Virus record (IMG/VR): IMGVR_UViG_3300027964_000001
Location: 1 to 46,352 of that record
DNA length: 46,352 nucleotides
Source: a virus
Strand: one strand, 5' to 3'
Positions 35,719 to 41,210 of this stretch are shown here, in pieces. Each line of letters opens with the position of its first letter. Positions within the stretch are counted from its first letter, which is position 1. The position numbers and the translations under genes were made by a program. The notes beneath the pieces were generated by a model. That model was not told where the DNA came from. It ran no database searches and saw only the letters and a program-made list of their open reading frames with translations.

Positions 35719-35943
35719 TTACGAAGAAATAGTAATAGTCGTGGTAAGTCCCGAAACCGTCATCGTGATAGTAGCAATGTTAGAGTAATCAAATTCCTTG
35801 ATTCCTTCATCTTCCGTAAAGAATCTGAAAACTCTTCCATAGAAATCATACTCCATTCGGAGAACATCTGAAAGGACAATAGCTGTTGCTGAAAGATCAG
35901 GTCCGGCTTTCGCAGTTACGGTAGCAGTTCCAGTTCCGGGCAT
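35719..35943 (-). CDS. Hypothetical small protein
   Basis: 74 aa with SD AAGGAG 7 nt upstream. Confidence 0.7.
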   Translation of the reverse strand: MPGTGTATVTAKAGPDLSATAIVLSDVLRMEYDFYGRVFRFFTEDEGIKEFDYSNIATITMTVSGLTTTITISS

Positions 35944-36159
35944 TTTGATTCTCCTTAGATTGTTGACTATTGATTAGTGGACTAGTTAGTCGATCTACTA
36001 TTTAGACCAGGACCTATATTTCGATCCCCGATCGCCGAATTAAATTGGTAGAAGGAAATAGAATCTCTGCCTATTTTTGCGGCAAGGCTACCATCATGGC
36101 CCCGTTAATTGATTCATTTTACACTTTGACGGAACACGCAAGAAACCCTCTACCAAACT

Positions 36160-36657
36160 TTAACCAACCTCAATAACCTCATAATCCTCTACCTTCTTTT
36201 GATTAGGTAGATGAAAATGAAGCACAGTGCTAGATCCGTCTTTACTACGTCCGTGAATCTTCTCTACAATCCCAGATAACTTCGATGCGGCATTAACCAG
36301 GTCAATAGGCTTATCAATATCAGCAGGATTAAATAAGTCTAAAGTAGCCATTAACTTAGTGATAGTTTTATCCTCAATTTGATGCCTTACTGATAGGATG
36401 TTCTCTTTAGTCTCTTCCTTTACATCTTTTCCATCTTTGTATTTTGATGCAGAGCTTTGCGGAACCCCATTAATTTTCGCCGCTTCAGAAGCTCCAAGAT
36501 TTATCGCATCATAGGCAACTAGTTCTTTAGTTAATTCGTCTTCCCCTTTATCCCTCTTTCCTACCTCACTATGAATAACTACACCTTTATCCTCACTACC
36601 TACTAAGTCCTCAATCTTGATTTCTTTGATTTCTTCTTCCTCAGAAATTATATTCAT
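36160..36657 (-). CDS. Acidic hypothetical protein
   Basis: 165-aa ORF downstream of the promoter at 36704-36732. Confidence 0.65.
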   Translation of the reverse strand: MNIISEEEEIKEIKIEDLVGSEDKGVVIHSEVGKRDKGEDELTKELVAYDAINLGASEAAKINGVPQSSASKYKDGKDVKEETKENILSVRHQIEDKTITKLMATLDLFNPADIDKPIDLVNAASKLSGIVEKIHGRSKDGSSTVLHFHLPNQKKVEDYEVIEVG

Positions 36658-36703
36658 AAGATTCTATGAAAATTCATTTCTCCCCTACACCGAGGACGAC
36701 TAC

Positions 36704-36732
36704 AGCCTAGCACAGATTTTCCCCTTTGTCAA
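36704..36732 (-). promoter_or_regulatory. Sigma70-type promoter (leftward): TTGACA-N17-TAGGCT
   Basis: The minus strand reads TTGACA (36732-36727), a 17-nt spacer, then TAGGCT (36709-36704), in the 107-nt gap upstream of 36657. Confidence 0.6.
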
Positions 36733-36764
36733 TAGGCTGAAAGTTCACCTAAGAATATTAAGAT

Positions 36765-37313
36765 TTATTTAGCTCCAACTAATTTTAATAATTCTTCCAT
36801 AGTTTTAGGCTTATTAATTTTCTTTTTATCTTCATAAGATTTTCTAGATTTTTCTTTCCAGAAATTAGTAGAGCAATCTTTACAACAAAATTTTTGATTT
36901 AACAAACCTACGAAAGTATTTCCACAATAACAAACCCTCTCAACTTTAATAGTTTCTTTTCTAGGATGATCAATTTCCCAGTGATTAAGCCGGCAAACAT
37001 CACTGCAAAACTTTTTATTACTTCGACCAATAAATTCTTTTTTACAATACAAACATTCTTTTTTGCTGAGAGATGGAAGTTTTTTATTAAACTTTAGTTT
37101 CTTAGGTCTCCCTCTTTTACTTTTCTTTATAGTTTTATTCTCATTATTAAACTCCCACTTTAATTGTAATTTTTTCTGAATTTCAATTCCATGTTCTTCA
37201 CAAAAGAACCCTTCAAATTGCTCCCCTACTAAAACATAGGTTGATAACTTACCACATTCATTTTTATTACAAACTTGCAGGTTTACAGATAATAAAACAT
37301 ACTGAAGATTCAT
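36765..37313 (-). CDS. Multi-zinc-ribbon protein (two CxxC...KFCSxxC repeats), first gene of the leftward arm
   Basis: CLYCKKEFIGRSNKKFCSDVCRLNHW and CYCGNTFVGLLNQKFCCKDCSTNFW, plus an N-terminal CNKNEC...FFCEEH and a basic KKSKRGRPKKLK linker. SD GGAGG 6 nt upstream. Confidence 0.7.
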   Translation of the reverse strand: MNLQYVLLSVNLQVCNKNECGKLSTYVLVGEQFEGFFCEEHGIEIQKKLQLKWEFNNENKTIKKSKRGRPKKLKFNKKLPSLSKKECLYCKKEFIGRSNKKFCSDVCRLNHWEIDHPRKETIKVERVCYCGNTFVGLLNQKFCCKDCSTNFWKEKSRKSYEDKKKINKPKTMEELLKLVGAK

Positions 37314-37369
37314 TCGTCCCCTCCAGGTGACACCAACCGTGTAAATCCTTCCCTATCAGTCACTTACAG

Positions 37370-37402
37370 CCCCTCCCCCTTACCCCTACTTCTACCCCTC
37401 CC
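37370..37402 (-). other. G-quadruplex motif on the leftward (sense) strand
   Basis: Plus-strand C tracts are C4-t-C5-tta-C4-tacttcta-C4-t-C3, i.e. GGG A GGGG TAGAAGTA GGGG TAA GGGGG A GGGG in the leftward transcript 5' leader. Confidence 0.55.
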
Positions 37403-37422
37403 TAAAATACCTTTTGCAACGG

Positions 37423-37451
37423 ATTCTATACACCCTCAACGGATTTGTCAA
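37423..37451 (-). promoter_or_regulatory. Strong sigma70-type promoter for the leftward arm: TTGACA-N17-TAGAAT
   Basis: The minus strand reads TTGACA (37451-37446), a 17-nt spacer, then TAGAAT (37428-37423). Two direct caacggatt repeats (37417-37425, 37437-37445) overlap the -10 and the spacer. Confidence 0.65.
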
Positions 37452-37504
37452 GATATTCCCATACCCTAGCCTACCCCCAATTTTCCGAAATTTCACCTAA
37501 CTTT

Positions 37505-37532
37505 ATTATAGTATCTTTCATATGGGACCCAA
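37505..37532 (-). promoter_or_regulatory. Second, weaker leftward promoter candidate: TTGGGT-N16-TATAAT
   Basis: The minus strand has TATAAT (37510-37505) and TTGGGT (37532-37527). Confidence 0.3.
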
Positions 37533-37677
37533 TATAACAGGATTCCTTTATTTATGGAACCTATTTTTTATTACATTAGAGATAGTTGGATACCTCCGCT
37601 CCAGACGCCCTACTAAATGGGACCCGAGACCTTCCTATGGGTAGGGTATATGACCTATAATATAATTGGTATGATAG

Positions 37678-37705
37678 TTGCAAGTAAAATCAAATGGCAT
37701 AGATT
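37678..37705 (+). promoter_or_regulatory. Rightward promoter candidate: TTGCAA-N16-TAGATT
   Basis: ttgcaa at 37678-37683 and tagatt at 37700-37705. Confidence 0.4.
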
Positions 37706-38015
37706 TTGAATAGGCCGGCGATGGCATAGGTATTGCATATATCTATTGGTATAACAATTGCATGGACCGGAAAGAGAAGGGACATCGAAGGTATCTGATA
37801 GGCAGACTAATCTCAGATAAGTAGACAAAAGTCAACCATCGCAGGACTAGTAGCACTAGATATGGTATGGTTGATAGGGTAGGATACTAGATATGGATGG
37901 CATGGGGGTTGTATATATAACAGAGTAGACAATCTCTCTCCCAGGGGCGAGACATACTAGAATGGCAGGTATTTAACCTATAGTCGGCCGTGGGGGACTG
38001 AACGGAGGTAAAGAT

Positions 38016-38162
38016 ATGAGAATCCCTAGATACTCCCTCTATCAGAAGCGCGATGGTAGATTCTACAGAGTATCACCATACGCTTTCACAATCGTAACTG
38101 CGCTCCACTACTTCTCAGATAGGTTGGCGCAGGACTTGTCACTCATTCTTCGTCGAGTCTAG
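38016..38162 (+). CDS. Small basic protein (48 aa), unlisted in the ORF track; first rightward ORF
   Basis: GGAGG (38004-38008), 7 nt, then ATG. Reads MRIPRYSLYQKRDGRFYRVSPYAFTIVTALHYFSDRLAQDLSLILRRV. Stop TAG at 38160-38162. Confidence 0.55.
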   Translation: MRIPRYSLYQKRDGRFYRVSPYAFTIVTALHYFSDRLAQDLSLILRRV

Positions 38163-38179
38163 TTTAGGTCTAGTTTAGG
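38158..38179. repeat. Perfect tandem duplication of an 11-mer (tctagtttagg x2)
   Basis: 38158-38168 is identical to 38169-38179. Confidence 0.9.
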
Positions 38180-38183
38180 CTGT

Positions 38184-38213
38184 CCCCGAAATAGGACACA
38201 AAAAGTTTCGGGG
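38184..38213. other. 8-bp GC-rich hairpin (ccccgaaa / tttcgggg, 14-nt loop) just upstream of the -35 at 38230
   Basis: Direct complementarity. No U tract on either strand. Confidence 0.6.
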
Positions 38214-38229
38214 CTAGCCTAAAAAAGAC

Positions 38230-38258
38230 TTGACAAGCTCAGAACGGCGTGATAGACT
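38230..38258 (+). promoter_or_regulatory. Strong sigma70-type early promoter: TTGACA-N17-TAGACT
   Basis: ttgaca at 38230-38235, a 17-nt spacer, tagact at 38253-38258. Lies ~40 nt upstream of a consensus SD. Confidence 0.65.
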
Positions 38259-38299
38259 GCTTTTCGTTCGACGCTATTTGACAATTGGAGGACAGATAC

Positions 38300-38824
38300 A
38301 TGAGACTGAAGGGACGCTTTGACGCGGAAGAGAAGGCAGACGAGGTAGTGCGAAAGGAATCTACCCACGACGTAAAGAAAGGGTTTTTCTCAATCAAGGT
38401 CAAGGGAACCGAGCCTGGTAAGTATGCGTATGAGTCTGACGCTGAGCCTTTCGAGTATAAGGAAACAGACTCACTGGTAAACGCGCTCAGGCTCGAAGGC
38501 GCAAACCTTACCGATGATGCCATTAGCTTTATCAACGAAGCTCTGGCAGGTGAGGAAACTGGAAAGGCTGTTAAGGAGGTCATTACCATCTATAATGACC
38601 GAATGAAAGCCGATGCTAAGAGTTCCGCTTATGCCGCTATCGCTAATGAGCATAAGCCTGTAACCGCTGAGTCTATCGAGAATTCTAAGGCCCGTATGGT
38701 CAGAGATTTTATGCGGCAGACCAATTGCGATGCTGAGGTCGCAATCAATAAGCTCCGTGAGTTTGTTCCTAACTTCAAGGATTATACTCTCGCAGAGTTC
38801 CAGGCGAATAAGGGGCGAGTCTAA
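38300..38824 (+). CDS. Early protein of unknown function (174 aa) in a promoter/terminator-insulated, GC-richer cassette
   Basis: GGAGGA (38287-38292), 7 nt, then ATG at 38300 (the ORF track begins at an in-frame TTG, 38285). Codon usage is visibly richer in GCG/GAC/CTC/CGC than the rest of the genome. Confidence 0.8.
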   Translation: MRLKGRFDAEEKADEVVRKESTHDVKKGFFSIKVKGTEPGKYAYESDAEPFEYKETDSLVNALRLEGANLTDDAISFINEALAGEETGKAVKEVITIYNDRMKADAKSSAYAAIANEHKPVTAESIENSKARMVRDFMRQTNCDAEVAINKLREFVPNFKDYTLAEFQANKGRV

Positions 38825-38849
38825 TCATAACCTAATCCGTCCCTGAAAA

Positions 38850-38893
38850 GGTCCTAGGCTGGAATATATCTAGTCTAGGACCTTTTCTATTTT
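38850..38893 (+). terminator. Rho-independent terminator (possibly bidirectional)
   Basis: 11-bp stem: ggtcctaggct (38850-38860) pairs with agtctaggacc (38872-38882), one G-U. It is followed by ttttctatttt and preceded by aaaa. Confidence 0.8.
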
Positions 38894-38895
38894 AT

Positions 38896-39303
38896 ATGAC
38901 TACAAAAGACATAGCTTGGACTGCTGGATTCTACGAGGGAGAAGGTTGGATAGGTCGAGTAGGTAAAAATAATAAATACCTCCGTATATCTATCAGCCAA
39001 AAACAGAAATGGCCCTTAGAAAAGCTCCAATATTTGTTCGGTGGAGCAATCTACAAGGCTAAAAATAATACCGGTGGTTTCTTTATGTGGACTCTCACCA
39101 ATGATACTACCATATTAGGTTTTATCCTTACCATTTACTGTTTTCTTTCCCCAGGTAAAAAGCTACAAGCAATGAAAGCATTATCATTAGATGAAACGCC
39201 GATGAAATTGGTATGGATTCAGGCACAGATTGACCTCGAATTGATTGCAATCTGGTTAGGGCCAGCCGAGGCTAACCCCTTGTCGTTCCTAGACTTAGAC
39301 TGA
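38896..39303 (+). CDS. Free-standing single-motif LAGLIDADG homing-endonuclease-like protein
   Basis: IAWTAGFYEGEGWIGRVGKNNKYLRISISQKQKWPLEKLQYLFGGAIY matches LAGFxDGEGsi...l.i.Q....L..i...fG.G.i. No SD. Starts 3 nt after the terminator U tract. Confidence 0.65.
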   Translation: MTTKDIAWTAGFYEGEGWIGRVGKNNKYLRISISQKQKWPLEKLQYLFGGAIYKAKNNTGGFFMWTLTNDTTILGFILTIYCFLSPGKKLQAMKALSLDETPMKLVWIQAQIDLELIAIWLGPAEANPLSFLDLD

Positions 39304-39318
39304 CCCCTCCCCCTCCCC

Positions 39319-39359
39319 GGGGGGTTCAATGGGGGGGTATGGTAGGGGGTAGGTAGGGG
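39319..39359 (+). other. Canonical G-quadruplex motif (G6-N6-G7-N7-G5-N6-G4) preceded by a C4TC5TC4 tract
   Basis: G runs lie at 39319-39324, 39331-39337, 39345-39349 and 39356-39359. The C-rich tract is 39304-39318. Confidence 0.6.
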
Positions 39360-39382
39360 TAGTATAGTAGTAGTGTTATTCT

Positions 39383-39403
39383 ATTATTATTATCATTATT
39401 ATT
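39383..39403. repeat. (ATT)3-ATC-(ATT)3 microsatellite inside a ~55-nt nearly G/C-free tract
   Basis: attattattatcattattatt read directly. The surrounding 39361-39415 is TA(G/C)-poor. Confidence 0.85.
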
Positions 39404-39459
39404 ACTAACTACACTACCTACTGTCCTATCCAGATGACACTGTCCTCTACTAGGGACAC

Positions 39460-39489
39460 TTGACTAGGGTCGGGTAGGTGTGGTAGGAT
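39460..39489 (+). promoter_or_regulatory. Rightward promoter candidate: TTGACT-N18-TAGGAT
   Basis: ttgact at 39460-39465 and taggat at 39484-39489. Followed by a ~150-nt GC-rich leader before the ATG at 39646. Confidence 0.45.
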
Positions 39490-39645
39490 ATGGGGATAGA
39501 GGGAGGGGATTGGCTAAGTGGTGCAGGTTCAAGAGTTTAGGGTCGATCGGGCGAGGCCGAATCAGGACCGGGCCGGGGCCAAATCAGGGTCAGACCTAGC
39601 ACGGATGGCTGATAGCTTCACGGGATTATCAAAGGATTAATCATC

Positions 39646-39882
39646 ATGGCATACAAATTAGAGTATTGGGCCGATGATAACAGTATCGGACAAATTCAGC
39701 TTAAGTCCGTTAGACTGCACTCAATTGAAGAGGCATATCCCTTAAGTCTAGAGCATAACAGGCCTAAAGATTGTGTAATGGTCACAGTTAGACGGACTGA
39801 CAAGCAATCTCCTAATGAAAAGCTGATTTGGATTAAGCCTGGATATGTAGACCCTTGCTTACTTGGAAGTGAAGATATTTGA
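39646..39882 (+). CDS. Hypothetical early protein
   Basis: 78-aa ORF. Confidence 0.65.
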   Translation: MAYKLEYWADDNSIGQIQLKSVRLHSIEEAYPLSLEHNRPKDCVMVTVRRTDKQSPNEKLIWIKPGYVDPCLLGSEDI

Positions 39883-39934
39883 ATAAAGCTCATAAGGGTT
39901 TTATTGAGGTATCCTAAAATTAGAGGTTTAGAAT

Positions 39935-40642
39935 TTGGACAAGTATTGCCAGTCCTGCATAGAGCGTTATAAGATTACTAAGCCGGCGACGCGGCAATGG
40001 GCGGAGAACTATTATATTTGTGATGAGTGTTTCCAACCTCTCATAAATAATGTTCTAGGAATACCTACAGATTCTGACATCGCCTCAAAACCTCTAGATA
40101 AAGAATCTCCTATGGTAAATCAACTATATGATTTACTAGAGGTTCCACAGCATCTTAGAACCTACAATCAGGATAAGTTCCTAAAGGTTTATACAGACCT
40201 ATTCAACTATCAGTCTACCATGATTGCTAACTTGGAGCTTAAGGACCTAGTTAGCAAGCTTGAAGAATATCGGCTAATGTTTTCGGTTATCAAAAAGGGA
40301 TACGTGGAAGCCTATGTATCCAAGATTGATTCTCTGAAAAGAGAAGCCAGAGCGCAAGCTGGATTGGCTGGAGAAGAAAAGAGTAGGAAAGAACATAGTA
40401 AAGTTAAGCCTAGCAATGTCAAACTTTCTCAGCAGGAATCTTTAGCAAAGAGACTGGGTATTTCTGTTGAGCAATTAGAAGCGGCCTCAAAGTTTGCTAA
40501 GGTTGAACAGACTGCAAAGAATGAGGAATCATTTAATACCATGATTGGTAAAGATGATGGACAATGTAGAAAAGCCTATATTAAAGATGGGAAGCCTATC
40601 ATTTGTAGATTGAGTAAGGGGCATGAGGGAGAACATAACTAG
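39935..40642 (+). CDS. Zinc-ribbon / coiled-coil protein (TTG start per ORF track)
   Basis: N-terminus has CQSC...CDEC. The centre is a charged coiled coil. C-terminus has C..(x14)..C....H...H. Confidence 0.6.
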   Translation: MDKYCQSCIERYKITKPATRQWAENYYICDECFQPLINNVLGIPTDSDIASKPLDKESPMVNQLYDLLEVPQHLRTYNQDKFLKVYTDLFNYQSTMIANLELKDLVSKLEEYRLMFSVIKKGYVEAYVSKIDSLKREARAQAGLAGEEKSRKEHSKVKPSNVKLSQQESLAKRLGISVEQLEAASKFAKVEQTAKNEESFNTMIGKDDGQCRKAYIKDGKPIICRLSKGHEGEHN

Positions 40643-40690
40643 GTCAGCGACCGCAGGTCGAAGTAACAGTCCACAATATCCGGAATATAA

Positions 40691-40888
40691 ATGTCAAGCA
40701 TAAAAGAAAAAATCAAAGAATTTCTAGAATCTTTCGATGAACATTCTTTCTATGTAGTTATTATAGAGGATTCTACAGGCGATGTGGAACATCTCTATAA
40801 TGCTTGTCCTGTTTGTATTAAAGACGAGATAGATAGATTCATCGAAGATGAAGGAATTGAACATATAAAGGATAGGGGGATACATTGA
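40691..40888 (+). CDS. Acidic hypothetical small protein
   Basis: 65 aa, D/E-rich, with a CPVC pair. 4-nt overlap with the next gene. Confidence 0.6.
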   Translation: MSSIKEKIKEFLESFDEHSFYVVIIEDSTGDVEHLYNACPVCIKDEIDRFIEDEGIEHIKDRGIH

Positions 40889-41103
40889 ATACAGATTTAA
40901 GAGTAATCACAAGATTCCCTCCTAAGAATTTTCTTACCTTGGGCACAGTCCTATCCCTACTACCGTTTAAAGGTAAGAGGATTAATGATTTTGTCTACGT
41001 AGTTCCAGACCATATTTCAGAATTCCGTAGCTTGCTTTGGGAGCTTAAGGATTATAAGGTATCTTCTGTATCGGGTGGAAGTATTTGGTTAATTAAAAGA
41101 TGA
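40885..41103 (+). CDS. Hypothetical protein
   Basis: 72-aa ORF, overlap-coupled. Confidence 0.6.
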   Translation: MNTDLRVITRFPPKNFLTLGTVLSLLPFKGKRINDFVYVVPDHISEFRSLLWELKDYKVSSVSGGSIWLIKR

Positions 41104-41210
41104 TAGGAATAGTTAAATTTCCATTAAGTTTAGTTTCTGCTACCTTACTAGGATATTATATCTACAGGCTCAGCATAAACTTTAGTATTAGAGTAGATAA
41201 TATATGGTAA
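41100..41210 (+). CDS. Tiny membrane-like protein (36 aa)
   Basis: ATGA overlap at 41100-41103. MIGIVKFPLSLVSATLLGYYIY is hydrophobic. Its stop overlaps the helicase start region. Confidence 0.35.
   Translation: MIGIVKFPLSLVSATLLGYYIYRLSINFSIRVDNIW

Noticed and set aside
11976-35871. ORF-track entries 11976-12353(+), 15702-16016(+), 16240-16422(-), 17981-18214(+), 24483-24668(+), 24944-25156(-), 25831-26025(+), 26131-26388(+), 29395-29658(+), 30605-30901(-), 31088-31279(+) and 35650-35871(+)
   Set aside because: They are embedded in or opposite the long leftward structural genes (ejection proteins, fibre, capsid, scaffold, portal, terminase). No independent start signals are present. They are treated as shadow or alternate-frame ORFs.
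35944-36159. Promoter or terminator in the 216-nt gap of the leftward arm
   Set aside because: Only poorly spaced matches are present (TTGCGT-N14-TAAAAT and TTGCCG-N17-TCTATT on the minus strand), along with short hairpins (cgatc-ccc-gatcg) that lack U tracts. Nothing meets the standard of the other promoter calls.
37445-37472. Plus-strand promoter TTGTCA-N16-TAGCCT
   Set aside because: It shares the tttgtcaa core with the much better minus-strand TTGACA-N17-TAGAAT promoter, and it would transcribe away from any nearby SD-led ORF. It is kept only as a weak alternative.
38184-38213. GC hairpin as an intrinsic terminator
   Set aside because: No U/T run follows the stem on either strand. It is more likely a structural or insulator element, or a binding site upstream of the -35 at 38230.
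38285-38299. TTG at 38285 as the start of the early cassette gene
   Set aside because: That TTG sits inside the GGAGGA Shine-Dalgarno sequence. The ATG at 38300 has ideal 7-nt spacing from it.
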